From the NCBI RefSeq assembly GCF_033153115.1, contig NW_026889805.1:9796001-9860000 (forward strand): 64,000 bases of DNA, written 5' to 3'. Under the pieces are notes generated by a model. The model did no database searches. It saw nothing but the letters and a program-made list of their open reading frames with translations, and was not told where the DNA came from. The stretch's first letter is position 1. Every line of letters starts with the position of its first letter. Below are positions 12,801 through 27,954 of the stretch, in pieces. A program made the translations under genes and the position numbers. The DNA is from Saccostrea echinata (taxonomy: Eukaryota).

Positions 12801-15800
12801 GAAAAAGAAACTAAGAAAAGGAAACTAAAACAGATTCTTTCCTCTTCCACCCCAAAACTAACGACTTTCTCTACAACTAAGTTTGTATAGACAGTCATTA
12901 CCACTTTCGAATTCGCCAATCTACCCACATGTACGTATAAAATAGGCTGACACTCGGATGACTAATTTTCATGGGCTAACAAGAAAAAGTCGGCTTGGCC
13001 TTGTATTCAGATTGTATTTAGAAATAGAGCAGTGCTCTATTCCCAAGTCAGACTTGTAAGGGTGTATTAAGGGTGTACACACGGTTAGACTAGAACTTAA
13101 GTTTCATGACTTGTAAGCCAAGCTTTATGGTGCGTATCGGTCCTTCGGAAAAAAGTTTTTTCTCACAGAATGGACAGTTTGAGGACTATAACCGATAACC
13201 TACATAAAACATGTACTCTTCTGTGTTCATAAAGTACTTTCTTCTTTATTAAAGGTCCATTGTTCAAGCAAGATATTGTCTATTCACTAGAGTGTTTCAG
13301 ATAAAGGGATTATTTACAATTTAATAAAAATAAAATACCGGTAGCATTCACTGCAATAATTAACTAAGTGGACGTTAAAGGTAAGTGCTATTTCTAACTG
13401 TATAAAGAATATGAAACACAAGACGTGAGACTCGAATGCCATTTTCATTGAAGGCATGTCTTCGTCTGAGGGGAAACGAATTTTTTGACGCAAAACATAA
13501 ACCTAATGAACTTTGACCCAAAAGTGAATTTTTTCCGGATATTTTAAACCTTTGGTCCCGACAAATCAGGATGGAGAAAATAAGGTGAACGTAGAAAGTT
13601 TTCCATAATTGAATCAAGACTTGTCGAAGAAAACACAGCTGACATCTAAATGGGTGATAACTGGCAGAGAGTACGTAAAACCCTACACAATGATTGATTG
13701 ATGTTGTCATGCTTAAGGATATCATGATGATGAGTGATAAAGAAATCAATAAAAATATAAGCTTTTTTTTTATAGCTATATTCAGAAACAAAGTGGAGCA
13801 AGACAGTGTACCAAACATCCGTGCGTTCCTATAAAAGAACAAACGATGTTCTCTGGAAGAAAGTGAGCAAAATGATTCAGAGGAAGAAAGAAGGAGCTAC
13901 GGCTTCTTGACCGGGGGGGGGGGGATAAACAGGGTAAGTGATGTACCCAAGTGTTTGGTTGGTTCAAGTGAGATTCAAATAGAATTTTAAAAATATTTCA
14001 TTCAAATTTGAGTTCTGACATCAATTGCAAGTTTCTGTGTTGTATTTGTTTCAATTCAATAACTTATCTTAAGATGCCCAATAAGTTATTAATACTGTCC
14101 CTTATTATTCATAATGGACATATTTCATAAATTATTGGACGAATATCTTGAGCCTTTCAATAACTAGAAAGTATTAAAAGAACAAATTGTGATGTCATAC
14201 TAATGTGTTAATATGAAAAGAGGAAGCAATTTAGAGAGAAAAACTTACCATTCTGAAAAGTTCTAAGCCTATTTGCTTTATTCATATCAGAACCGTATAC
14301 ATTTGATGCATCAATATAGGAAGTGACGTCATTGATCTGCTCTCGACAACCTACAAGATTACTGAATGAACTCATCTGTACACATGGTAAGCATTTCTTT
14401 AAAAGTTAGCTTAATCATTCATTTCTCATAGATAGAAAAAAGATGTTTAGACATAAAAAAATCCAGTTAGTATTCATTTTAAAAATCTTTGGTGTAAAAA
14501 AAAGCAGTATTCGATTTCAAATATTTGAAAAATAGGAACAATTGAAATTATACTATGAAAAGGTGCTTTTTCTCTTAATACCAAGCAAATGCTTTGTATG
14601 TTATCATTAACAATTTTTTCCCCAGCTTGATTTAAAAGCTAACAGAAGTATGTCTTTCCTCATCTTCAGGTACGATAGATTAACTGCATATAAGTAAAAT
14701 ATATATGTTTCTTCTTTAGCTAATCTCGAAGTCGGGGGGGGGGGGGACTTAAGCTATACCATCGACATCAGTGTTCCAGGTTCAAGTTTTGGAGAAAATT
14801 TATTTCTAATGAAAAAAGTGAAGATAACGAACAGTTATCGATCTAAAAAATCTTTTAAATAATATTGGTAAACAGGGCACAAAACACAGACCCCTGGAAA
14901 TTTCAGAGATGGGATCAGCTGTATTGGAAGAGTAAGCATCCCCTGATGACCGGCCAAACCCGTCATGAGCCCTATGTATTGATCAGGTAGACGAAATAAT
15001 CCGTCCGTAGTCAAATTAAGTAAAAAATACTAGCCTGACAACTTGCATTAAACATGTCAGTCCAAATATGATCCAATGATAGATTGTATTGGCAAACAAT
15101 GTCGTTATAACGACGTAGAATTTTCGAAATGCTGACTTTAAACGAGGTTGTTAAAATCCGGTAATAACAGCTTATTTGTCAGTAGCTTGCCTCGATTTAA
15201 AATTTGATCGTACTCAGAGCATGCTCTTTCATATCGAATGTGAGACGCAGGCGATAGTGGAATAATAAGGACAAGTTGACCATGGAAAAGTGAAATCGTC
15301 TCGTCGTACACCGTCTACAGTCAGAAAAATATCCAATTATGAAACCATGTGGCAGACTTTGTCGTGTCTTTCATTTAGATTTCACTTGGATATATCTTGT
15401 CAATATATTAATCAAAGTAACTGTAATATTGAAAATTATTTCAGTTTCGGTTTGCTTGACTACACCAATATTTTAGTACAACATGAGGATTTTGACTTAA
15501 GCTTAAGATGCTTCATGATCCCCGGGCCTGGTCTCCAGACTGCATAGATATTGTCAAGGAGGAACTCCAGCATCCTCTTAATATCAAATCTCACACTACT
15601 TGTGTGTAGATTCAGAATGATTTTAAGGAAGGAAGTAATTTCATAGATGACCAATCACAAAGTATGAAAATTTCCGATTTCCATTATTGAAGAAGCAGTT
15701 CTCTATATATATCAAAAAACCTAGTCTTTAAGTAACTCTTTGTCTTCAGAGTTACATTGATGATTCATATAGTACGTTTCATTGTACCAGCCAAAATTCT

Positions 15801-16569
15801 GATACTGCTTTGTTAGTCAATAATTTCCATTAGAATGGTCAGATTAATGTGTTGGAGCAGGCCTTTAGTTTTGGAGCAGGTCTCATTCTCGAGTAACTAT
15901 AAGCCCCATAGTGATTGAACTTGCCAGGATGATGCATTTAGGTATGATGATGCACACTACCATTCTTTCTTCGGATGCCGGATCTCACAAACAATTTTCG
16001 GAAAAGTGAACAGGTAAACGTTTATCTACCAGGTCCATTCCTAAGTAGCTTCAAGCCCTATGGTATTCAAACTTGCATTTATGATGCATCTACTAATGCA
16101 CACTACCCGACTTGCTTCAAAAGCTGGATCTGACCTACTTTTTGCAGATGAGTGATCAGCAGAATGGTGACCAAATTTCTGTAATGATGTATCTAGGGAT
16201 GAACACTTCTAGAATACATCTATTCGTCCAGCTGAGCTCTGTAGTCTTTGATTACCTTCGTTTGTAAACCATTTTGATATTTACAGGGAAAAATATATTT
16301 TTCTATTGCAGTTTTGTACGTACACTTGTGTTCACGTTGTTGGAAAAGTGAAGCCGATCGTGTAAGAGGCATGCAGTCTTCTTTAAAGAATGGATCCCCT
16401 AGAGGAATAGTGATGGGTATACACGGGTCGCTATCTCTGTCTTCTCCACAGCAGGCAAAAGTTCCTGAAAAATAAAACTTATACACTATTGATTTAACCA
16501 ATGGCTGATTAGAGAGAGAGAGCGAGAGAGAGAGAGAGAGCGAGCGAGCTACCTCAAATTAAGTGTGTC

Positions 16570-16612
<43 letters not shown>

Positions 16613-18885
16613 GGAGGGAGGGTTACCTCTGATGAGGGGTGTCAGTATCAGGTCGTGATCAAGAAACTGGCCAAACGACATATGAAGAACGTTAAGCTTT
16701 GGATCCGTATCGGTTGTTGAATTTCTGTTTTGGAATAGCAGGTTGCTGATTTCACGAGAACTAGGTAGTGGCATCTTCCTGTATCCTTTTTGTCGAGGCG
16801 AGTTACAATCTTTCAAATGAATTAAATAATTGAAGCAACAGTTAAAGATTTCATTGAACATTAGAAAATTTATGTGAACTACTGATTGTTTTACACATAA
16901 AACCGAAGGTTACCACTGTCATATTTCGGTGTGAGAAATCGCCTTTGCGCTGTGTAGCTTCTTCCCCAGTCTGGATGATTTAAATTATTACAAGATCCGT
17001 CCGCAGACCTGTATTTGTATTCAGAATTACAAGACAATTCCGGTGGTGACGCATCGCAGATTTCCCTCCCCTGTTCCTCTGTGAAAATTCATTAGAATTT
17101 ATAGCTTCTTTCATTTGATTGAAAACCAGAATTAGCGTGTGTATTTAGTGTTACGCATGTTCTTCATCTGTCGTCTGTCTGTCAGTCAATATATTTATTT
17201 ACAATTAACCAATTTCTTGCCTCCTAATTTCATGTGATAAATGACAGAAGCGTAAATATAGAAATACTTTTTTACGACTTTCAATTTCTTTTTTTTTTAA
17301 ATGGGCGGCATTAAAATCCTTTTAAAATAGTGGATGTTATAATAATAATTCTATTATTATAATATAAGTAATACATTGAAATTTAATATGCACCACCTAC
17401 ACCACTGCATGCCTATATGTACCTTTCATAATCTATAGTAACTGATTTAAATTCCAAAAATGATAATTATGTTTAAAAGGAACGAGACATTATTTAAACT
17501 CACCCTTTTCGTCTTCTGCTTTAAGATGAAATAAGACTTGAAATTCTGCCAAAAATGAGAATTGAAAATTTAAACAAATAATATTTGAAAAGAAAATGAA
17601 ATAAATGTTGTGGATCAAATGAATGAGTAATAAATGCGGTTGAAGAGAGCAAGATACTGTATGATATTATAATACAAAGGTTGTCATTTCCAAACCATTT
17701 TTAGTCAGATAGGATACATATTACTTGAAACAAACAAGTATGGCACTTTTTTTTTTTTTAACAAAGATTACGGAAATTTACATTAATTTAGAAAGTTAAT
17801 TTCTACCATTGCTTTCTTAGCATACGAGAGAGGTGATGTTATTTCCAAAGCTCATTTTTTAAAATTTTGAACACCTTCTTGTGATATTACGTTATTGACG
17901 GTAAACAACGGAAAATCATGAACAATGATGTATCCTTTTCCAAAGTGGCAGTAATTTATACGATGCTAAAATTTTGCAGACTTAAAATTTACCATCATAT
18001 CAAAACACTACTTGAACTTGATTAGGAAGAGTTAATTTGGGATGAAAAATTATTCATTGATTGAACCAGGATAGGCCAGGATATGCATGGTGGACCCCCC
18101 CCCCCACCTTCCTGAGAATTTTTATGAGACAAGATAACTCATTAAAAATATATGAATTTTAACATATATCTGTACTAAAAATACTCGAATTTTTAAAATA
18201 TCATATCTGTATTTCGATATTGATATAATTTTCTGTTTTTGTTAAGTTTGAGAAATTGCCCTTTATCTAATATAAAATATTTTTATATACCGTATAGGAA
18301 AATTAAAACTTATCAAAAACGGGGAATAATAATAAGTAGAAAGTTTTGTTGAAGGTTTATTTTCATGTAATTAACCCTAACATTTTAAGAATGCAATATT
18401 TAAATCCAGTGATTCAAATTCTTTGGGAGGAACTTACAGTTTACCTATCATAGGAACCATCAATTCAATTAAGTTTTATGTCTGAAGTTCGAATCAACGG
18501 GTTAGAGAACGTTTGGATGGGATACTTAACTATTCACGCCACAAAAATATCAATGAATGAAGTTCATTAGAATAAAACTAAAACACTTATATAGCACATA
18601 CTAAAATGTTCGCTTTGCTTCAAAATCCGTCTTTGGAATTAAGTTTTTCAATTTTTTTCCTTGATGACAAATCTTTTTTATTTCAATTTTATGTTCCTCA
18701 AACTTTCCTTTTCTTATATATAATAATAGTGTAACAACATGGTTTCAGTAATTGTCACCTATAAAAGTAATAAGAAAATGATAAGTAAAATCTTTCTGGA
18801 TTATAGGGAAAGAATTACCTTGAATGCCAAGAATGGCAAGTACAAGTAGGAAGACCCGGCACATATTTTCAATTTGTTTCTCCAT
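9844..18885 (-). CDS. Secreted animal heme peroxidase (peroxidase-cyclooxygenase superfamily; chorion peroxidase/peroxinectin-like), 12 coding exons, ~607 aa
   Basis: Exons read manually with GT-AG ends and consistent phases: 18885-18819 (MEKQIENMCRVFLLVLAILGIQ, signal-peptide-like), 17545-17504, 17078-16914 (KYRSADGSCNNLNHPDWG), 16809-16627 (FGQFLDHDL, distal Gln/Asp/His), 16464-16324, 14350-14249 (REQINDVTSYIDASNVYGS, Ca site), 12380-12288, 12190-11698 (GDVRVN..., AFRFGHSQ proximal His), 11619-11419 (DLPAINLQRGRDHG), 10853-10687 (GPTFACLIAKQF...GDRFWYE), 10224-10122 (QLTEIKKVTLSSIIC), 9910-9844 (TAG). Total 1824 nt with no internal stop. Confidence 0.93.
12590..13195. mobile_element. Foldback/MITE with long degenerate inverted repeats in a peroxidase intron
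   Basis: 12595-12630 is inverted at 13150-13188 (AAACTGTCCATTCTGTGAGAA); 12650-12740 is inverted at 13050-13142. Confidence 0.7.
14815..15720 (-). mobile_element. Penelope-like element fragment in a peroxidase intron
   Basis: Reverse complement of the same 3' UTR (14880-14970) and RT remnants (DIKRMLEFLLDNIY). Confidence 0.75.
16511..16620. repeat. (GA)n microsatellites in peroxidase intron 4
   Basis: Two GA runs. Confidence 0.95.
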
Positions 18886-18954
18886 GTCAGTGTTATCATA
18901 TTATACAACATATTCCGATCAATCAATGGGTTGATGGCAGTCCAGTTCGGCAGC

Positions 18955-19350
18955 CCTATCCGGATAATTCAATAAAATATAACCAAAATATGATATCACA
19001 AAAATCCGGATAATGTTTTAAAATACACTCAAAATAATCAATCACAATAATCTGGAAAATTCACTAAAATAAACCACAAAAATCCAAATGATTTAATGAA
19101 ATATACACCCCCCCTCCCAATCCGGATAATTCAATAAAAAATATCAAAATATGTAATCGCAAAAAAATCCCGGATAATTCATCTAAAAATGTCCCAAAAT
19201 TCCGGATAATTCAATAAATTATACCAAAAATAATTTATGTAATCACAAAAATTGGATAATTTTCTAAAATGTACCTAAAATATTTAATCACAAAATTCCG
19301 GATATTTCAATAAAATATACCCCCAAAATCCGAATAATTTAATAAAATAT
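18955..19350. repeat. Degenerate minisatellite (AAAATCCGGATAATTCAATAAAATAT)
   Basis: About 10 copies of the TCCGGATAAT core immediately upstream of the peroxidase ATG. Confidence 0.8.
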
Positions 19351-21113
19351 ACTTGTACACAAAATATGTACATGTTGTCATGTAACGTTCATGTAGTATT
19401 TAAAAGCTTTACATCATGTATAATGTAATCAGTTTGTTATCGAGGGGAATTTTTATCGTACAAAGGATAAGGTCATCAAAAGTTAGCATTTAGTTTAATA
19501 TTTCTGGAATTTCTGGTAAAAAAAAATGCTTACTTCAAGATCCTAATTTAATTTTTCACACACCACATCAAAGCAAGCAGACATCTCTGATGCCTCAGTT
19601 AACCAGCTATTTTGAGATTTACCTAAATGGTATTATTTTTGCTGTGAATTCATGTCGGCTGCATCTGTATGCGCAAAAGATACCCCAAAAATATCCTATA
19701 AACATAATACCCATATTTATCACAATTTTCTTTTCTTTTCTTTTTTTTTTTTATCAAATCATGCTTATTGTTGCAATTCTCGCCGAATCTTTATTGAAAT
19801 TCGACGCAAAAATATTAAATAATTAATTTAAGAATTATTTTATTTATGATATACATAGAAGTATATACAATGAACATGGATTGAACAGCAGGGAAAAATT
19901 GCCTATATTGGTTCTCTCAATTAGAGATCAAGGTACAAATGTAACAATGATATATATTTGTAGTTGTACAAGGACATGTATTTTAAACTAATTTTTAAGT
20001 AGATTACAGAGTACAAAATTGAAAACAAAGGGTATGAACAATAAAATGGAAAAATGAAAGGGGGAGGGAAAAGGGGAAAAATTAAATACCGTTAATTAAA
20101 TTCCAAAAAATGAAATATAAATCAAGCGTTATGGTACCAAGTAACAAGTAACAAATTATTTGAATCTAAAACAAGAAAATCTAAGAGGCTTTGAAAAGAA
20201 TCCACTTTCACCAAAGAATGAGTATTCTTTTGACTTCAGGCAAATCATAAAATGAATTGGAATCATCAAGAGTGTCGTCTTTTTCTGAGAAATTGTTTTT
20301 ACAATTCAGGATATGTTAACAACACATTTATTAACAGCAAATTTTTAACTCTAAGCATCTTATTTGCAAATAAAACTTTTTTTTTCATTTCCTATGAAAA
20401 ATTGGGAACAAAATCTTATAAAATGATTAAGAGCTAATATCGGCCTTCAATGCTGAAACCATAGTTTAAAAGGGACGTCTTAATCTATTAAATAAAATTC
20501 TGGTGTGGTATTCCTCCTTAAGCAATGCTAATAACATTTTCCCCTTTATTTTTGTATAATTCTTACGATTGTATTGCTTGCTTTTGTAATAACCTTAGAA
20601 ACAGGAAGCCTTGTCGTGATTTTGTAATAAACTAAAGGAATGAAAGTAAACAAAGAAAACTTTATACAAAATGGATAGTTACTTGTTCACAAAACTGACT
20701 TTTTAATATGAAATACAATTAACAGGAAGATATTTTGAATTCTTTATGAATTTATTGCGTATAAACAAAATCCTGCAAAATATTGTGAATACATTGCCCA
20801 TAAGTCTTTTTTGTTTATTAATCAAACAATGAGCATACATACTCAGTTTTCTATACATAATACACACTGTATTATGAGTGAACAAAGCCAGTATTTTTCC
20901 TGTATAACTTCACTGAAGTTGTTTACATTTCATTTGTTTTAACAACATACCAATCTTGGGAACTAATCCCACTTTGTTTATGAATTTGAAGACAAGCTCA
21001 TCAAGCTCAAAAGTCCATTGGAACAATACAGACTGGGAGTAGAGCACACACGGACCTCTAAGAACATCAGAGATGGGATCAGGTGCCATAGAGGAGTTTG
21101 TCTAAGTACCTGA

Positions 21114-22150
21114 CCGTCACGGTAGTTCAGTCGTTAGAGCGCTCGCTCCGTGATCGGAAGGTCGTGTGTTCGAATCACGGCCGCGACTGACCTAAGTCGA
21201 TAAACAAGAATAGATATGGGTTACCCCATATTCAAGGTATTCGGCTTTTAAATTACTCAAATTTCCACTGTGCTCAGCTGATCCCCATAAGAAAAAATTG
21301 TACTTGTTATGAAACTAGTTCTTCAATCCGTAGCAAATACTGTCAACAGTCTTGCGTCACTAGCAAACAATGAACACACCTGTGATTGCAAGACCAAATA
21401 GCCTAGTGTCCGTTCTGACATATTTCATTTTGTCAAATAAAATCTGCAACACGTGCGATCAGAAAGTCAATGGCATCTAAATTCGTTGTTTTTCCGCTAG
21501 TCGGGAAGTCCCGAGAAGTTGCGATTGCAGCTGTTATATAACCACTCCGTCAGTAAACAGTTAAAAAAAGAAACAAAAACCACACACACACACACACTTA
21601 ATGATTAACATTATCTATCATAAGAAATTGTATAATAATTAACGAAGAATAATCATGAAAGTAATGTAATTGGTGAAAAGATTGTCAATCGAAGAATGAC
21701 CTACATATTTTCGGGGAAAAGGCTGAGAATATGAATACTTCTTATCTACATTTCTAGGGATAAAATGATTTTCTTAAAATCATTTTACGTTAATTTTGTT
21801 TTCTTCCATGTATAACATACACATCGATATTCTAAACATTTGTTGTAATGTTGTATCTGCTGATCATGAATGGACTATATTTTATCCGAGCAAATGTGTG
21901 AAGAGCACCTGGCTTTAGTAATATATCTTGAATAGATAGTATGCACTGATCGAATATATTAAAAATAGGTAGAAAGTGTTCCTTCGCCAAGCGCTCGGAA
22001 CTTCGAAGTGAAAGTTGCGGGTCCTTCGGATGAGACCTTAAAAAGCGAGGCCCCGTGTCACAGTAGGCGTTGGCACGGTAAAGATCCCTCACTGCTCAAT
22101 GGCGTCTCTATATGAGTGAGAAAATCTCGAACAACATACAATCAATCAAT
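21114..22150 (+). mobile_element. tRNA-derived SINE of the same family, split by an ~760-bp insertion (~21205-21960, possibly Helentron-like)
   Basis: Head 21114-21204 (A/B boxes) and body 21965-22150 match 34766-35087. The insertion starts AAACAAGAAT and sits in an A-run with no TSD. Confidence 0.8.
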
Positions 22151-25100
22151 CTAAGCATTTTCTAGTCTACTTAACGATAAACATTTACATAAAAAAACGC
22201 TTTCCAGCAACGCTCAGAATCATTTGTGTATCCCCTAAAACCAATAAATATTGATATAAATGTCTATATTTAAAAGGTATTCTGTTTACTTTACGTTTTT
22301 ACTACTTCATTTGACGAAGGAGAGGCTGCTTTGATTAATTCTGAAAGAGATGACTTGTGCCTTAAAAAACCTCATCAACAAATTCCCTGTCGCTTAAAAT
22401 GTCAAATGATCTGTCTTTGACATATCTTTTACTTAACATAAAAATATTATTACAATTTGTTTCTGGATCATATTGAAATATTAGTAAATAATTGGGGAAA
22501 GAGTATAAAAAGTTATAATTGGACAGCTATGCTGTTGCTGAATCAGACTTCAAAACCAATTTTATTCGTTATTCAAATTTTGATTAAAATTAAAACACCT
22601 ACCGGTAGTATTCTTTTCTTGCTTTTTAGTCGATATTTTAGGAAATAAGTTTGTAATTGTACACATTAATAGAGATAGCAAAAAAGATGCTTTTGAAATA
22701 CTGTAACTTTTAGCCACCCTTAAAAAAATTCCAGATAACACAAATTATTTTGAATAATACAAATAAAATCAAGGATTTACACACCTTCATGTCGTGTTTT
22801 TTTCCTGCTCCCAGTCCAGATTTTCATTTAGATGACAGGGAAGTATCATATTTGTCTTTAACCACCATAAGGAAGAAAAGTTAAAATATAGGCGGATCAA
22901 AGAATCTTGTAAAGACGAGGAGATATTGAGAACTAAATATTGAATGGAATCTCTGAGATTACATTTTTTATTTCGAGAAACCTTCCTCCTTTGATTTAAA
23001 CCGGACGGAAAAGCGCGTAAAACTTAATATTCTGGTATTTCAATTTTAAAGGAAGTCTTCTATGTATGTAAACCGTCTTCACGTCAACAATATAATAGGG
23101 TGACAGGGCATTTAAGAAAAAATAACAAATTACATGTATGTCAATTTTCATTATGAATAGAAAAAAGGCCACCAGGAGGGAAATAAATTGAAATAAATTT
23201 GTAACATAAATTGTAATAAATTTGTAACCAGAAAAATATGATAAGACTGTAGCTCTACACCTTCATTTTTTAAAATTAGAAGAGATAATTCCAAACTGAA
23301 GCACTTTAAAAGTTTTGAATGCACATATCTATATATTCTGATGATTTCTACACAATTACCAACTTTTACTGAAATCAAACCCAAACATTCGAAGGAGTAG
23401 CATTTTTAAAGAATTTCAAAAAATCTATTTTAAGTAACCATGTCAACAAAGTTCATCGAAATTTAAAAAAAAAATATACAGGTAATCATATTTTAAGTAA
23501 CCATATGAAACTTTTTTCATTAAGAACCGATTAACATCATTGTCAATCTTCTTGTAGTATTGCGGTGTTCCAAGTTTCATGGCAATCGAAAAAAAATTGT
23601 AGGAGTATCAGCATTTTGAAAAAAATGGCTTCTATTTCATTTTTAAATATATCATGTGTAAAATTTTTCCACTGTAACATTACTTAAAATGAAGCGATGT
23701 AATAATATACTACAGGAAATTTTAGTTTGAATATTCATTTGATACTGCCTTTCAAGTTTGTTCAAAATAGGTTTTATATTGTTGCGTAAAATTCAAGTAT
23801 CTTCTCATTTTTTATTAAAAAAAAATACGAACTAATTCTTAACAATGTTTAGTTTATATTCTTTACAAAGATATAAATACATTTGAAAAGTACTGTATTG
23901 TATTGCATTGCATTGAATTGTATTGTATTGTAATTAACGTTAGCTGCAGATCTGTAAATGGTTGGTCTGTAAAATTAGGACGGACCAGTTGTGTTGGTAC
24001 CTTGTATGCTTGTATACAAAAAATCTACTTTTTTCAAAAGAAGAAAAAGAAATAGAAAAGGGATCAACCTGGATATTGTAACCCTATACTATTATGTACT
24101 CTGTAAAGCTTACTTTAGTCTACCGTTCATTGCATTCTATTCTGGGTTGGAAGAAAATTAAAAAAATACACCATGAATTGTACGTCACAGTTGAAATTAA
24201 ATAAATACTCTAAGACAGTAAATATAACGTATGAATCAGATATTATTGAAACAAGGAACTTTTAACAATTCTGCATCACAGCAAACAGACTCTAAGAAAC
24301 AAACGCATCGCCAGTCCCACAACCATTCGCAAACCCATAAATAGATATATTCTTCCTCAAAAAACCACAGTGACACTTCGCGACGAGGCAAAATAGATCC
24401 TTGGAAATGATGGAGTTGACTAGGCAGTTATATATGTTTCCAACAAGGTTTCCCTTTTTCCTCTCTGTAAGTTATCCTGAAATTTTACAGACGATTCATA
24501 TAGTTTGAAAAAAAAACTTTAATTACCATCCCCTTTTCCTCCATTCGTATGTTAGAAACCAGCTTTAATTTACTTTTTTGTGTAGGATATTGTTTGTCTC
24601 CTTTGAAAGGATCAGTTTTTTACTGTTTCTCAAACACATTTATCACCCAAGTCCTTGAAAAATATATTGTTCTCTTGGATACGTACATGTATCGTTGTTT
24701 GTAAATTCCCAAACTTTTTTGATTGATAACCTGACTTTCAATTCCGACTACTATAAAATCTCTCACTGGAAGCAAAAAACTACCACAAAGAGTTCAAATT
24801 GGTATGAAATTAACAAAACTGAACGTTTTTCTTTCTTGGTAACCATAGCAACAATATTACAATAAAGGTCAAGGTCATATTAAGAGGTCAAAGGTCAAAT
24901 ATAGTGACGTCATCTACTGAATCTTTACATTTTTTTGCATTTGATTTATTAAAAATTAAAAATTAAAAATTTAATCTGGGTTCTATTTCAATTATTCTGT
25001 TGATTTTTTGTAAAAATTGAATTATACATTTTCTTTAAAGAGGACTTAACGTGTGGCATATTTACATGTGAATTTTCAAATCCCGGGATATGTATGTTCT

Positions 25101-25639
25101 ATATTTTTTTAATAACATTTTACTGATGTGATGGGATCAGCTATATCATATTTGCATTCGATGATGTTCGAATAGTTATGGAATTGACCGAGTTTAAACC
25201 GCAGTGCAGGAAAATAAAATTTACATCATGGAAGTCAACACAAGATACCCCCCTCCTAAAAAACGTAAAAGGTATATTAAAATATTTATAAATTGTGTTC
25301 TCGGCAAAATGCGTTTTGCCAACCCCTCGAAGCAAACTGTTTACATTTGGCTTAACGGTATCAGGCAAACAGTTTGATTCTTGGGTCTAACAAAATGCAT
25401 GTTGCCTCCGAACCCAATCAATAAATGTATGATATTTGAGAGTCTTGTTTTCCCATGTCTTTCCTTAAGATAGTTAAAATAGTATTACTAGTAATCAAAA
25501 CATAGCCCCAAATTTTGAATGGCCACACTGTGTTTCCTTAGAAACCATGAAAGTTAATTTTAGATACATGTACATGTACATGTACATATAAACTTTTCAC
25601 AGTAAAGTCAAGTATTTCTATTGTTTTTCTTGTCTTTGT

Positions 25640-27325
25640 GATATGTTTCTGGAACATAGGGAATTGAAATCTGAGACAGTTGACAAATTATGTGATCCAA
25701 CTTTTTGAAACAAATTGAAAACTTTGACGTTATATATTTAGCTGAAATCCATCTTGGTCCTGATTCATCAATATTCAGTATGAGTTCTTATCAGTTTCAG
25801 TATGTAGAGAGGTCTGCCATCCTTTCTATAATATTGAGGGGTACCCATTCCTTATCTGCAACTCCTCCTATACCACTGATTAAAATTTAATGTGACTTTC
25901 ACAGAATCTTTATTACATAATGCCATTCTGCACCCCCTATTTTACCTTTGATCAGACACTTATTTCGGATCTCACACAGAAAAAAACATGGACTTTGCCA
26001 TTATAAACATATGGGAGGCGGGGGTATCATTTTGTGATCTCAGTGCTCACAGTTCCTCTAGTTTTATGTGGTATTTTTAATGCCAGATTTGGATCAGAAA
26101 CAGGTTTTATTTTTTTTTTTATTTTTGATTTCTTCCATTATTTGATTATTATTTTGTAGATAATTAATTCAGAGATTTGTAAGGATAGTGTAGTAAATAG
26201 CAGAGGTAGAGATTTGATTGACATGTGCATAGGAAACCATTTAAGATTGTTGAATGAATGTTTGATGATGTGTAAGGAAATTTTACTTGTTATATCCCGA
26301 ATGGCTCTTGTACTGTTGATTATGTAACAGTATCTGAAAATTGCCTACATTACCTGTTACTCATTATAAACTATCTATGACAATAACATCTAGATTTCAA
26401 ATTTAAAAGAACTTTGACTGGATTCATATACATGTTGTTTTGCCAAATTTTCACTAGTCAAATGACTTGCCAGAACAATTGTATCCCAATTGTTTAAGTT
26501 TTACGAAACGTGATACACCAACAAAATCACAGGAAATTGTTGATGAAATAGCTAACAGTTTTTTTCTGAAATTTTGACAAAGGTCTCATCCCAGACACAG
26601 AGTAAGAAAAAAAAAAACCCTTCAATAATCAAACAATCCATCAAAAAATGATTTAATAAGGACCTTAGTCATTTAAGTAAATTAAGATTCAGTCTCATTA
26701 ATTATTGGAAAGTTTATTCTTTGTACCCAAATAATTCGTTTAAAAAAAAAGAAAAAAAACTATAACAGATTGTATAGAATTCACCCCCCTCCCCCAAAAT
26801 GACAAAAGATACTCGTATCTATAAACCCTGCATAATTTTGACCCAAAACGTATTCATCATGGAATGGAAATTCATCAATGACCTTTCAAAAAATGAAAAC
26901 ATGACCTTCCAGCTTGGTATTCTCATTGTAAAAACCTGAACAGTACAATATAAAGGATGGATTTCAACATAGATTGAAGGAATTAGATTCTAAACTTTCT
27001 TAATTAAAAAGAACATTAGATTTTTGATTACTGAAGGAGAAAATTCCGCAGCATTAAGTAAATTAAAATGTAAAAAAAAATCTGGGCTGGACAGTATATC
27101 TAATCTAACTTAAAACAGACCAGCATGTACTTCTTCCTGCTGATAAAAAATATCAATTTATTTTTCTCTCATATCATTTATCCTACCTTTTATGCTTCAG
27201 GTAAAATCACAACAATACACAAATCTGACATTAAATCAGATCCCAACAGCCATCGAGGAATCGCTGTTACTAGTGCCATTGGTTAAATATTTAATAGTAT
27301 CTTAATGATAGATTGGAAAATTCCT
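25640..27325 (+). mobile_element. Highly degenerate LINE (APE endonuclease + start of RT)
   Basis: Remnants FWNI...DKL.DPTFLKQIENFDVIYLAE, FNARFG, N.RGRDL.DMC, NGSCTVDY, SKLKCKK.SGLDSISN and DPNSHRGIAVTSAIG; interrupted by another repeat at ~25830-26065. Confidence 0.65.
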
Positions 27326-27954
27326 AAACTACCTGTAGGCATAGGAAATCTTTTTATAAAATTATTAAGAAATTAAAATGTTTGAAGTCAGCACTTGTAC
27401 AATTCGATAAATCATTTGTATTGTATGCTTTAAAACCTGTCATTAGAGAATATTGACCGTTTTTTAGCATTTAATATGTATGTCAAATGTATCCTGGGTT
27501 TCATTAACTTAAAAATAAATTCTAAATAGTTTCTTTATAGCAGAAGTGACAACGAAGTGTTATGTTTTTTGAAGAGTTGTTATTTTGGTTTTCTTAGTCT
27601 TAAGGATATACAAAACATCCATCCTCTAAAATCCCTGTTGTTTAATTTTAGTTATATTTGTATATTTTATATATTGTTATATCCACTATGTGTATGCATT
27701 TTGGACAAAATCGATCGAGTCATGTTTGTACAGGAAGTTCCAAAAGTTACGTATACCTCCCTTTGGCTGCTCACGAGGAGAGGAAAATTTTAAGCGATAT
27801 CCTATAAAATTCTTGATTTCCAAAAAACTAAGATTAGACTATCTGTCAAATTTCAAAACATTAAACACACAAATAAAGTAATTTTGTAGAGGTACACATC
27901 GAAAAAAATTTTTTTTGAAGGAAGTGAAATACTATGTTTCATCTTCGACTTGAA

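Noticed and set aside
12472-13967. 118-aa and 155-aa ORFs in a peroxidase intron
   Set aside because: No recognisable motifs; the 118-aa ORF overlaps an inverted-repeat element; the peroxidase model is complete without them
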